Notes under the pieces: model-generated
The model's input: the letters and a program-made list of their open reading frames with translations, nothing else
The model's database searches: none
What the model was told of the DNA's origin: nothing
In this document: one piece after another, positions 9,178 through 18,137 of the stretch
How the letters are laid out: each line of letters opens with the position of its first letter
Position numbering within the stretch: position 1 is the stretch's first letter
From: Candidatus Latescibacterota bacterium
GTDB taxonomy: Bacteria; Latescibacterota; UBA2968
Direction: 5' to 3'
Assembly (NCBI GenBank): GCA_965207885.1
Contig: OZ242311.1
Coordinates: forward strand, 4,576,001-4,640,000
DNA length: 64,000 nt
Program-made: the position numbers and the translations under genes

Positions 9178-9939
9178 TTATGTGCGATGTATGCGACGCT
9201 TTCGAGTGCGCCACCAGATGATCAGGCCGGAGATGGATAATCCGATCAGGCCCCAGGCGGCGATGTCGTAGAGATAGACAAACCAGTCGGCGAAGAAATA
9301 ACCCGTGTGAATCTGGTGTATGATCGTGTAAAGATCCCGTCCGGGTTCTGTGGATTGGCCGACAGAGGCCCAGGTTTTTCCGCCGTTGGAACTGGTGAGC
9401 AGGCCACCTGAGGTCCACAGGTTCAAATTTTGGGTGGAGCCTATGCCAATGCGCTGGAGGCGAACGCCTTCTGCAAGGGGCATAAATCCGAGGCCGACTT
9501 GCTCCCATATGATGCCGCCGTCGGTTGAGCGAATGAGGCCCAGGTCTTCGAGGACGACGTAAATGTGGTCGGGATTGTCGGGTGCGTAGGCGATGTCAAC
9601 GGCGCGTTCTGCAGCGAAGAGCATTGGGACTTCGGTCCAGGTTTTGCCGCCGTCTTCAGAAGAATAAAGGGCCGAGCGCGTGCCGCGATAGAGGTGTTGG
9701 GGGTCGCGGGGGTCAACCGCAAATGAGAGGGTGCGTTCAGAGGGCGCGCCGAGCAGGCTGGGGTGATTGAGCAAAAAACCCGAGACGGCGAGGAGTGATA
9801 AAAATATGAGTGCGCCGATGCCGATATAGCGATGGATTTTGCGGGAAAATCCGATGCGTTTTGTTCGCGTTCGGGGTTGCTTTTTGCGAAGCGGGATGGT
9901 TTTGCTCCCGCGTGTAGTAGCTTGAGATGTGTTACTCAT
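9178..9939 (-). CDS. PepSY-TM protein with BNR/Asp-box repeat periplasmic domain
   Basis: RKIHRYIG and HQIHTG helices flank SEDGGKTW, STDGGIIW and SSNGGKTW repeats. Confidence 0.8.
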   Translation of the reverse strand: MSNTSQATTRGSKTIPLRKKQPRTRTKRIGFSRKIHRYIGIGALIFLSLLAVSGFLLNHPSLLGAPSERTLSFAVDPRDPQHLYRGTRSALYSSEDGGKTWTEVPMLFAAERAVDIAYAPDNPDHIYVVLEDLGLIRSTDGGIIWEQVGLGFMPLAEGVRLQRIGIGSTQNLNLWTSGGLLTSSNGGKTWASVGQSTEPGRDLYTIIHQIHTGYFFADWFVYLYDIAAWGLIGLSISGLIIWWRTRKRRIHRT

Positions 9940-10511
9940 GGTGATTCTTGTTGTGAATAAATGACATTGAGGACTGTGAGGACCCTCTTGACGCCCGCGT
10001 TTAAGGCGCGTACCGATAAGGTTGCACCACTGATGCCGATAATGTCGCGGTTGAGGCGAATGTGATGATCGATGTTTTTGTTCGTGTATTGGGTCAAGAA
10101 TCGCTGCCGTTTGACCTCACCGCCTCGCGATTCGCGATAGACCATGATCCATACACCGCCAACGCGGTGGTCGGGTTTGACTTTGACGATGAAGGTGATG
10201 GGTTTGTAGAGGCCAATTTGATTCGTGATGATCGCATATCCCTGATGTCGGTCATTTTTTTTTGCCTGAAAAATCGTGAAATCGGGTTCTTCGAGGCGCC
10301 ACCCCAACCGTCGTTCAATGCGCCAGCGTTCTTGTGGGGTTGGGGTCCAGACTTCGCTCCAGAGCGTGTCTGCATCTGGGAAGGCTCTTTTTAGAGCCTG
10401 TTCTTCTGTGAGGTAAACAGTGATAGCCTCTGGGCCATCGGGACCCTGCGCGAATCCAAGTCCCGCCAGCAGGCAGACCATGGTACAGAGCACGTACTTA
10501 TTTTTTATCAC
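9936..10511 (-). CDS. FMN-binding (flavinylated) exported protein
   Basis: ISGATLS flavinylation motif, YRESRG motif, signal peptide; GTG start with GGAGG SD; stop overlaps next ATG. Confidence 0.88.
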   Translation of the reverse strand: MIKNKYVLCTMVCLLAGLGFAQGPDGPEAITVYLTEEQALKRAFPDADTLWSEVWTPTPQERWRIERRLGWRLEEPDFTIFQAKKNDRHQGYAIITNQIGLYKPITFIVKVKPDHRVGGVWIMVYRESRGGEVKRQRFLTQYTNKNIDHHIRLNRDIIGISGATLSVRALNAGVKRVLTVLNVIYSQQESP

Positions 10512-10557
10512 GGTTTCCTCCAGCCCGCCCAACCCCAGTTAGCCATAAATCATCCGG

Positions 10558-11676
10558 TTAGAAATACGATGCAATCGAAAAGAAGAGGCGTCCAATGCCA
10601 TCGCCTTTGTCGCCATTTGCTGGCGTTTTGTAGGTGGCGTTATAATCCAACTTGAAAGCCGTGTCTTCAACGGGACGGAAGTTCAAGCCAAAGGTGATCC
10701 CGTATTCCGAATCACCACTTACCGAGGTATCAAAATCGAGCCAGTCCCAGCGCACGATGGCTGTGAACACGGATTCTGATAAGAAATGATCGTGCCCAAA
10801 GTGAAAGTTGGTCTGTGCATAAGCACCGCGCTGGTCGCCATTAAATCCATCGGCGGTGGCCTGTCCGTATTCGCCCTGAAGTTCGATGGCTCCCTGTGTA
10901 AATAGCGCATCGAGACCGAAGATGGAGAGGCGGTTGTTGTCCGCATCGTCGTATTTGCCCGTGTGAAAAGAGGCGCCGAGGTCAATGCCCAGTCGCGGGC
11001 TGAAGCCGAACCGTCCGACGAGTGCTTTGTCGTTGTTGTTGTCCGTTTTTTGGCTGCCCCGTCCGCTTCGAATGCGGAGTTTACCGCCGGAGTTGACTTT
11101 TTCGTTGAACCCGTTGACGAGGTAGATTTCATAAGTTGCTACGGAGAGTTCAGAGGGATAAAAGGTGCCAAAGAAGCCCATTCCCGCCTCTGAGAGGGTG
11201 GATGGCATGATCTGACGGTTCACGGTGGGGCGTTCTGTCAGGTCGTTGAGCGGGCTATCGTGCAGGAGGTTAAAACGCCCGAGCGGGGAGAGTATGACAC
11301 CGCCCCGATAGTTGAAGGCTTCTTTAAAGGTGAAGTCCATGATGGCGAATTCGAGTTTGATTTCGCCATCGGTGTTGCTGCTGCCTTTGACGAGACCACC
11401 GTGCTCAAATTCGATTTCGCACGAAACGTGAATTCGGTCGGTGATTTCCGAAAAGATGAAGGGGATGAAACGGTGCTGGTCAAAGGTGCTGTCTTTTCCT
11501 TCTGTCCATTCAAATTCGTGGTCAATATATCCGCCGATAGCTACATTTCTGCCCATGCGTTTGATATAGGGTTTGTCGTATATGCTGCCGGGTAATTCGG
11601 GCCGTTTGTCTTCCTCGGCTATGGTGGGTAGTGCAAATGTCAGAGATAGAAACGAAACGAGTAGTTTGAAGCGCAT
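10558..11676 (-). CDS. Outer-membrane porin (OprO/OprP-like), first gene of iron/flavin operon
   Basis: MRFKLL start with AGGAGG; EIEFEHGG, GRFNLLH and ERP motifs; C-terminal YF. Confidence 0.82.
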   Translation of the reverse strand: MRFKLLVSFLSLTFALPTIAEEDKRPELPGSIYDKPYIKRMGRNVAIGGYIDHEFEWTEGKDSTFDQHRFIPFIFSEITDRIHVSCEIEFEHGGLVKGSSNTDGEIKLEFAIMDFTFKEAFNYRGGVILSPLGRFNLLHDSPLNDLTERPTVNRQIMPSTLSEAGMGFFGTFYPSELSVATYEIYLVNGFNEKVNSGGKLRIRSGRGSQKTDNNNDKALVGRFGFSPRLGIDLGASFHTGKYDDADNNRLSIFGLDALFTQGAIELQGEYGQATADGFNGDQRGAYAQTNFHFGHDHFLSESVFTAIVRWDWLDFDTSVSGDSEYGITFGLNFRPVEDTAFKLDYNATYKTPANGDKGDGIGRLFFSIASYF

Positions 11677-11717
11677 GCTTTTCCTCCTGAGTGAAACACA
11701 ATGCCATTCAAAGTGGG

Positions 11718-11831
11718 TTGACATGATGCACGGGAAACCCTACTTTGAATGTGAGTTGTGCTTTTGGTGTGACTCAGACCATCTTCCGCCGGGCTGGCAG
11801 GCTCTTGAAACGGGAGGTGGTCTTTTTGTTT
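11718..11831 (+). ncRNA. Candidate cis-antisense sRNA (~80 nt) with promoter and terminator in porin-operon leader
   Basis: TTGACA-17-TACTTT (11718-11746); hairpin 11752-11776 with UUUUG loop; 13-bp stem 11776-11788/11811-11823 then U-tract; GU pairs on + strand only. Confidence 0.62.
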
Positions 11832-11920
11832 GGCGGTCTATAAAAATGTTTTACTAATAAAACACTCGCCCAACAAATAAAACAAGTGTTGGGTTTATGT
11901 CAATATTTTTTTACTAATTT
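11821..11920 (-). promoter_or_regulatory. Conserved promoter/operator module, copy 1
   Basis: TTGACA at 11903-11898; CCCAACA-N11-TGTTGGG 11869-11893; TGTTTTA-N4-TAAAACA 11847-11864; near-identical to copies at 13141 and 18254. Confidence 0.8.
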
Positions 11921-11949
11921 AAATGAATGGGTGAACCCACCCGTTCACT

Positions 11950-12116
11950 AAAATCGGTCGGGCCACCAAACGTGTGGATGACCGACTGGCCTTATAGAGT
12001 AATGAAAAATCGGACGTGCCCTCATTTCCGGCAGCCTGAATTAGCTCTATTTACCCACTGCCATGAAAATGCTGTCCAGGGATTTTTGAACATTTTTGAA
12101 ATTGGCGGACACGTCC
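11950..12116 (-). ncRNA. Candidate structured RNA element A
   Basis: 10-bp closing stem GGACGUGUCC/GGGCACGUCC (12116-12107/12021-12012); downstream hairpin 11954-11985 followed by UUUU. Confidence 0.3.
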
Positions 12117-12190
12117 ATAGACGACTATAAATTTAATTGACAGTGCGATTAAAAAGCGCGATTAAAAAGTATGATAATGTATTGTAATAC

Positions 12191-12312
12191 CATTCACACA
12201 CCCTCACCGCTGGCGGCTTTGAGAACTATTATTTTGCCCAGCTACCACGAAAAGTGTAGGAGGCATCCCGGGACTTTGGAACTTAGCTTTGCAGGTGGCG
12301 GGTGTGTGAATG
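12191..12312 (+). ncRNA. Candidate structured RNA element B (long closing stem, internal hairpins)
   Basis: Perfect 13-bp inverted repeat cattcacacaccc/gggtgtgtgaatg extended by cacc/ggtg; promoter-like elements upstream. Confidence 0.42.
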
Positions 12313-12356
12313 AATAACTTTTTCACAATATACACTTATCTTCTGGAACTTCAGAG

Positions 12357-13070
12357 TCAATCATTCGCTGTCGATTCCCGGTTTTGCATCGCCACGAAGT
12401 GGCGTTCCACCCGGCCTGTCGCCAGCATCGTACCGATGAGCAGTAACCATAGAACAAAGGCAGGCCCACTGAAATGATGTATACCAACCGTCGCGTCTAA
12501 CCATATAAATTGCATGGCGATGCCGATAACCGCAGATGCGGGTGCAACATATCTGAGCTGACCGCCGACTTTCCACTGGTACCGCGCCGCGAGGATGAGC
12601 GCCAATCCAGCTGCCGAGAAACCGATTTTGCCGGTGAACCATCGAAGGTATTCGGTCGTCTCTGCCGTGGCGGTCACTTCTGGTGCAATGGCAACAAGCG
12701 CGATTGTACACACCCCGGAAATGATCGTAAAAAGCCCAGACACAGCGAACAGCACCGGTACCAGAGGTGTACCCAGTCGCGCCTTGATAATCCAGGTTCT
12801 CGACAAAAACCACGCACCTGCAACCAGCGCAGCACCCGAGATCAGCCTGCCAGCACCTCCCGTAGCGTAAAGGCCACCACTCTCTGAGATCGCGACGAGC
12901 GATTCAGCAAACGTGGGCTGATCCGCGTCGGCGGCGACTCGTCCAATAACGGCAACACCTGTTGCTAATGCAGTCAATATCAGAGACAGCCCACCTTTAC
13001 GGGCGTTGGAATCCTGTGGCCGATCGACTGTCGCCCCGGTCGAAGTTGATGGATGCGATGATTCTTTCAT
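12357..13070 (-). CDS. Multi-pass membrane protein (DUF4386-like)
   Basis: ATG 13070 with AGGAGGAG SD; about 6 hydrophobic helices; family assignment from memory. Confidence 0.65.
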   Translation of the reverse strand: MKESSHPSTSTGATVDRPQDSNARKGGLSLILTALATGVAVIGRVAADADQPTFAESLVAISESGGLYATGGAGRLISGAALVAGAWFLSRTWIIKARLGTPLVPVLFAVSGLFTIISGVCTIALVAIAPEVTATAETTEYLRWFTGKIGFSAAGLALILAARYQWKVGGQLRYVAPASAVIGIAMQFIWLDATVGIHHFSGPAFVLWLLLIGTMLATGRVERHFVAMQNRESTAND

Positions 13071-13120
13071 AATGATACTCCTCCTGTTGGATTCTGTAAA
13101 AAGTGGCCAAAAAAGTCTTA

Positions 13121-13240
13121 AAGTTTGGTTTGGTAGCAGTCTTTTTTGTTTTGTGATATATAAAAATGTTTTATTAATAAAACAATCATCCAATAAATAA
13201 AACAAATGTTGGGCTTATGTCAATATTTTTTTAATAATTT
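13121..13240 (-). promoter_or_regulatory. Conserved promoter/operator module, copy 2
   Basis: TTGACA 13223-13218; perfect 18-bp palindrome TGTTTTATTAATAAAACA 13167-13184; degenerate TCCAATA-N11-TGTTGGG. Confidence 0.8.
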
Positions 13241-13249
13241 AGGGATAAA

Positions 13250-13492
13250 TCAACACCGATTTGCCAATCGGTGACGGCAGGCAACGATAATAACAGACAG
13301 AATGGCAACACAGGCCACGACGTTGAGCACTTCAACCAATCCGCGCTCGAACCCCTGGAAAGAGAGCCAACCCAATATAGATAACGCGACAACGACTATG
13401 CCGATTCGCCTTTGAGGAAAACGCGAATCGGCCTTGCTGGTTTGAATCAGGAGAAAACCGATAAAAACGAGAGCCGCAAAGATAAGAATCAT
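13250..13492 (-). CDS. Small membrane protein (DUF3325-like position)
   Basis: 80 aa, 3 TM; directly follows PepSY-TM gene as in TBDR-DUF3649-PepSY-DUF3325 clusters. Confidence 0.65.
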   Translation of the reverse strand: MILIFAALVFIGFLLIQTSKADSRFPQRRIGIVVVALSILGWLSFQGFERGLVEVLNVVACVAILSVIIVACRHRLANRC

Positions 13493-13511
13493 AAAATTTC
13501 CCGTAATGGAA

Positions 13512-15176
13512 TCAGAGAGACGAATCTGTGGCTGTGCGACTCACATTCACTTCTGCGACGACAGGGGTGTCAACAGGTACTGGTGCTGTGGTCGCCTGGT
13601 CTGACACTTCTTCTGACAGATTTCGTTTCAGATACATGCCCCAGAAAAGGAGCACACCACAGCCCAGCAAAACAAGATCGACAACCGCGACGGCAAGACG
13701 GCCTTCGGCAAAAGCGGCAAACAGATGATCCTGGAATATCAGCGCGCGCAGTATAGGGGCCGATATTACACAAATGGCGGCCCCTCGCAACAGGTGCTGA
13801 TTGGCTCGCTGTTTGTGTGGGGTGTAAAACGCATAGACGAGAGCGCCAACCCAAAGCGTGCCGAATAACCAGCCACTGTACCCGTACCCAACCATTGGAT
13901 CAATCAGAGTGCGCAAGAGGGGCCACAATGCCAGCGTGCATGCCAGGGCAAAGGTCATGCCCCCGCAAATACCCGTTGTCAATACCGTCATGCGTTGGCA
14001 TTGGCGGCGGGTGCTATCGGTTGCATCGGGGGTAAGGCGTTTGGCTATCCAGATATATTGCCCGGAAGCCGCGATGAAAGCCCCGGCAATGCCCAGAATA
14101 AACCAGACCAACCGCGAAGAGAAACCGCCAAAATCGCCAAAATGAAGTGAAAACATGAGTCCAAAAAGTTTTGTTCCAGCAAAACTGCTTGTTGCTTCAA
14201 AAGCGGGTTCAAGGCCCAGATATTTGCCTGTGGCACCCTCATAGACGTGAGCCGGTGTTCTGGTGACACTGCGTTCAGAAAAACCGTCAATGATCACGCG
14301 TGCATTGGCATCGTTAGGGTGTGTGACAATGAGCCGCGCTGGACGAAAAGCGGGGTCGCGCGCAACAGCGTCGGCGAGTATGGCGTCGAGGTTCTTTGTT
14401 GGAACGACTTTGTCAGATGCTTCTGGCCAGGCTTTTTGAAACCACGGCCAAAAGTTCATCTGGCTGGTGTCACCGCCCGATGCGCCGATAGACATCCACG
14501 AAATCCAGGGGCCAGTATGTAATGCCATAGGAATCGCCGTTATGGCAATGACCGCAAAAAAGGGCAGTGCCCAAACGCCTAACAGGGTATGGAAATCTGT
14601 CCAAATGACGCGTTTGCCGCGTTTGAGGCGAAAATTAAAGAGTTTTTGGAAAAGTTGCCGGTGAGTGAAAACGCCCGTGATGAGCAATACAAACATGGCG
14701 AGAGATGCGGGACCGAGCACATAGGGTGCCACTTGATACGGCAAATGAAGATGGGTGTGCAACTCGGTGAAGAACCCCGCCATACCCGGTTCGGGGTCGG
14801 CTATTTCAACAAGTTGCCCGTCGTTTTGAAGCACTATGTGGGTGTGCGCGTTTTGGTGTTCGTTCTCGGTGCCACTTTCGTTGTGAATGTGCAGGTCCAT
14901 TTCTAACAAGGGGTGGTTGGGCCGCGGCAGCATGATCATGACCTGTTCGACTTCGCCTTCAGCTTTGGCCAGATGGTCTGCAACGAGTTGGTGCAGGTTG
15001 ATACGCGATTTGGCCTTGAGGTGCGCGTGGTGTTTTGGTGGTTCTTGCCATTGTTCCAACTCGTGGTGGAATACGGCCACCGAGCCGGACAACATGAGCA
15101 CAAAGATCAGCAAACCCAACAAGATGCCTGCCCATGTGTGGAGGGATAGATATTTGAGATATGTAAGTGATTTCAT
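13512..15176 (-). CDS. PepSY-associated TM helix protein (PiuB-like)
   Basis: LHTWAG, ELHTHLH, DFHTLLG and SLHFGDFGG motifs. Confidence 0.9.
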   Translation of the reverse strand: MKSLTYLKYLSLHTWAGILLGLLIFVLMLSGSVAVFHHELEQWQEPPKHHAHLKAKSRINLHQLVADHLAKAEGEVEQVMIMLPRPNHPLLEMDLHIHNESGTENEHQNAHTHIVLQNDGQLVEIADPEPGMAGFFTELHTHLHLPYQVAPYVLGPASLAMFVLLITGVFTHRQLFQKLFNFRLKRGKRVIWTDFHTLLGVWALPFFAVIAITAIPMALHTGPWISWMSIGASGGDTSQMNFWPWFQKAWPEASDKVVPTKNLDAILADAVARDPAFRPARLIVTHPNDANARVIIDGFSERSVTRTPAHVYEGATGKYLGLEPAFEATSSFAGTKLFGLMFSLHFGDFGGFSSRLVWFILGIAGAFIAASGQYIWIAKRLTPDATDSTRRQCQRMTVLTTGICGGMTFALACTLALWPLLRTLIDPMVGYGYSGWLFGTLWVGALVYAFYTPHKQRANQHLLRGAAICVISAPILRALIFQDHLFAAFAEGRLAVAVVDLVLLGCGVLLFWGMYLKRNLSEEVSDQATTAPVPVDTPVVAEVNVSRTATDSSL

Positions 15177-15487
15177 GGGCTTTCCTTTATGAAAAAAGGT
15201 AGAAGCGCAAAAAGCGTGGCGACAATCTGGGTTGTGCAGACGCGCTTGATAGACGGGTCAAAAAAGCAGTGAAAAAACGCGGCGGCCCACAGCGTTGTCC
15301 AGAGCAAAATGACCGAAACGATAAAACCATCGGCACCGCGCAAAAACAAAAATGTGAGTGCCTGGCTGACGACTGTTGCAAAGATAAAGGGCAATACGAT
15401 TGCGATAACAGTACGCCAGGGGGCATGTGTAAAAGCCCGACGGAAATTGCCAATTGGTTTTTTGGTGTCTGCCATTTGTGGTTTCAC
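15173..15487 (-). CDS. Small membrane protein (DUF3649-like position)
   Basis: 3 TM helices; stop overlaps PepSY ATG; start codon uncertain. Confidence 0.65.
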   Translation of the reverse strand: MKPQMADTKKPIGNFRRAFTHAPWRTVIAIVLPFIFATVVSQALTFLFLRGADGFIVSVILLWTTLWAAAFFHCFFDPSIKRVCTTQIVATLFALLPFFIKESP

Positions 15488-15539
15488 TTTTACAGTGAAG
15501 GTTCTGGCATTCTCTTGCAGAATGCCAGAACCGGTGTGT

Positions 15540-17864
15540 TTAAAATCCGTAGCCGATTGTCCAGATGGCTTCGAAAGGTCTGCCGGGGTGTACGCTACGG
15601 CCCGTGCCGCCCCACGCAGAGCTCACGTATTTTTCATTCGTGAGGTTGTGCAACACCATGTCAAAGCGCCAGCCGTTGCGTGAATAATACACGCTGGCAT
15701 TGAGCAATGTGTGCGGATCTATGCTGATGGTATTGTCGGTAGTAACCCATCGTTTGCCGACGTAATTGACACCTGCACCCAGACCCAGACCGCGCCACGC
15801 ACCTTCTGGTAATTCATAGGTAAGCCAGAGGTCGGCTGTGACTTCGGGTATCCTGATAAAGGCATTGTCTTTCAGGTCCGTATTGTCTTCGAGTACTTTT
15901 GTGCGAACAAAACCCAGCCCGGCAATGGCTTGCAAGCCCGGCGCAAGATCGCCGTTGAGTTCGAGTTCAAGGCCCCGGCTTCGCAGTTTGCCACTGGCAA
16001 TGGATGCACCAAAGGGGAATGCGGGGTCATTGGGGTCGGCTGTAGCTACATTGACTTTGGTCACCTGAAAAGCAGATGCTGAAACCTGGAACCGACTGTC
16101 CTCGGGTTGGATGCGCATGCCCATTTCCAACCCTTCGCCCACTTCTGGCTCTAACGGGTCGCCGTTGATGTCTGCGCTAAAGCTCGGGACGAAGGATTCT
16201 GAGTAGTTGCCGTATAGACTCACTTGCTCGCTTGCGTGCCAGACCAGACCCGCCTGTGGTGTCCAGGCTTTGTCTTTTTGGTCTGAAATCCTGCTATTGG
16301 CATAGTCATAACCCTCGTTAGTAACATAGTCATAACGCAGTCCGCCGCTCAGGATCAAGTCGTCTGTGATGGAGAAGTGATCTTGAAAGAAAACACCTGC
16401 CGCGTCAATTCTGTTATCTCCGGTAAAGTTGGGGTTCCAGGGTAGTTGGGATTCTGCAAGCGGCATTTCACTGTAGTCGGGATTTAGAAAGTTGATAATT
16501 GAAGCCTGGGAGGGATCATAGCCTGTTGCATACGCCGCTTTCTGTCGGCGTAAGTCCACGCCTAAGAGGAATCGGTTGGCATTGGAGCCGAGTTTGACAT
16601 CGCCTGCTAAGGTAAATTGGGCGGCCAATTGTCGGTTGTCTTGCTTTTGGCGCGCCGGAAAACGCGTGTAGTTTCCGGTTGATTCATCAAAAAAAGCTGG
16701 CAACCACAGGGAGCTAAATTCGTAGTTCGTGTCGAGGTATCGGAAGCGGTTTCCGACTGCCCAGTTGTCGCTGAGGAAGTGCTCAAAATCGTGACCAACA
16801 ATGAATTGGTTGCGCTCCAGTGTGTCTTGTGGGTGGTTGTTCACGCGTTCGACGGGTGCAACAAGCTCGCCGTTGTTGTTGATGGCTGTGCCAAAATCGG
16901 CAGGGCCTTTGTCACGAGTGACTTCCAAAAATAAGGTGAGTTTGGTGCGTTCGCTCATTCTCCAGCGCAGACTTGGCCCAAAGAAAAGACGACTTTTCTT
17001 TGTGTCGTAATTGCGCCAGTGATCGCCATAACTGTAAAGGCCTGGCAGGCGGTAGGTCACATTATCGGTTTGGCCGACTGGTCCGCTTAAGTCAATGCGC
17101 GTTTCTGCAGAGCCAAAAGACCCGCCTTGCAGTTCGATGCGCCTGAAGGGTTCGACGGTAGGACGCTTGCTGACCATGTTGATGAGGCCACCCGGGTCAC
17201 TCTGACCGTATTGAATGCTGTCGGGCCCCTTTAATACTTCGGTGGATTCCTGACCGAATGTTTCGGGGTCCATAGCACCGCCAAAATTATCCACGTTGAA
17301 GCCGTCGCGCAACAATGGGGCATCAAAGCCGCGAACGAGGAATGAGTGCTCCCGTCCATCTCCAGGGCCACCAAAAGCGACGTTTGGTGCCAGGGTGACT
17401 ATTTCTTCAAGTCCCTGTGGGCGTATTTTTTGTACTTCATCTTCGCTGAAGACCCGGATATTTCGCGGCACATCTTCAAGTGCGACTGGTCCGCGCAAGA
17501 CAGAGGGTTTTTCGTTTACGGCAAGCACCTCAATGCGCTTTAAGGCAAATGCAGATGCCAACAGCGTTGCACGGATTTCGGCAATTTGACCATTTTGCAC
17601 AGTAACGTCCTGCTTAAAAACGCGATACCCGACGTGCGAAATAACCAGTTCGTAGGTGCCCACCGGCACGTTTGTCAGCGTAAACGCACCTTTGTTATCG
17701 GTATATGCGCCCAGCTTTGTTTCACTAAGCCCTACGTTTACAAATTCGAGCGGTGCGCCCAAAGAATCTTCAACAACGCCTTTAATTGTGCCCACCTGTG
17801 CATCGGCGCGCGACGTGACCACAAAACAGGCAATCAGCAACAAAATCGTTCTTAAATGCTTCAT
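15540..17864 (-). CDS. TonB-dependent siderophore receptor
   Basis: Signal peptide, carboxypeptidase-reg-like domain, EVLKGPDSIQYGQSDPGG, C-terminal YGF; AGGAG SD. Confidence 0.93.
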   Translation of the reverse strand: MKHLRTILLLIACFVVTSRADAQVGTIKGVVEDSLGAPLEFVNVGLSETKLGAYTDNKGAFTLTNVPVGTYELVISHVGYRVFKQDVTVQNGQIAEIRATLLASAFALKRIEVLAVNEKPSVLRGPVALEDVPRNIRVFSEDEVQKIRPQGLEEIVTLAPNVAFGGPGDGREHSFLVRGFDAPLLRDGFNVDNFGGAMDPETFGQESTEVLKGPDSIQYGQSDPGGLINMVSKRPTVEPFRRIELQGGSFGSAETRIDLSGPVGQTDNVTYRLPGLYSYGDHWRNYDTKKSRLFFGPSLRWRMSERTKLTLFLEVTRDKGPADFGTAINNNGELVAPVERVNNHPQDTLERNQFIVGHDFEHFLSDNWAVGNRFRYLDTNYEFSSLWLPAFFDESTGNYTRFPARQKQDNRQLAAQFTLAGDVKLGSNANRFLLGVDLRRQKAAYATGYDPSQASIINFLNPDYSEMPLAESQLPWNPNFTGDNRIDAAGVFFQDHFSITDDLILSGGLRYDYVTNEGYDYANSRISDQKDKAWTPQAGLVWHASEQVSLYGNYSESFVPSFSADINGDPLEPEVGEGLEMGMRIQPEDSRFQVSASAFQVTKVNVATADPNDPAFPFGASIASGKLRSRGLELELNGDLAPGLQAIAGLGFVRTKVLEDNTDLKDNAFIRIPEVTADLWLTYELPEGAWRGLGLGAGVNYVGKRWVTTDNTISIDPHTLLNASVYYSRNGWRFDMVLHNLTNEKYVSSAWGGTGRSVHPGRPFEAIWTIGYGF

Positions 17865-18052
17865 ACTTTCTCCTTACAATTTAGAGATAGGGTAAATAAC
17901 CTTTAAACAACTGTGGGATGTTCAAAGACAACCCATCAGTCATATAAGTGCCTGTACTGCTCAAATCTTCCCTTACCCTCCTTTATTTATCTGTTGTGGT
18001 TGGCTGTGATTTTTTTATTTTTTCTTTATGCGTTGTGTTGCCACGCATAATA

Positions 18053-18137
18053 CTATAGGGGCTTAAGTTCCCTATGGTTGCTACATCCGGGTGATCGGTT
18101 GCGGACCGCCAAGTCAAAACCGATTACCCATTTTTTA
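18053..18137 (+). ncRNA. Candidate antisense two-hairpin element in TBDR leader
   Basis: Hairpin 18053-18077; 12-bp stem 18089-18100/18118-18129 then ATTTTTT; CATAAT at 18046-18051 but no good -35. Confidence 0.4.

Noticed and set aside
11927-12130. 67-aa + strand ORF
   Set aside because: No SD and no recognisable motifs; overlaps inverted repeats better explained as RNA structure.
12171-12189. Fur box (atgataatgtattgtaat)
   Set aside because: Only a half-site-like match coinciding with a -10 element; not found in the three conserved iron promoters.
12191-12312. Retron msr-msd, 6S or SRP RNA
   Set aside because: No reverse transcriptase in the window, too short for 6S, and no SRP domain IV motif.
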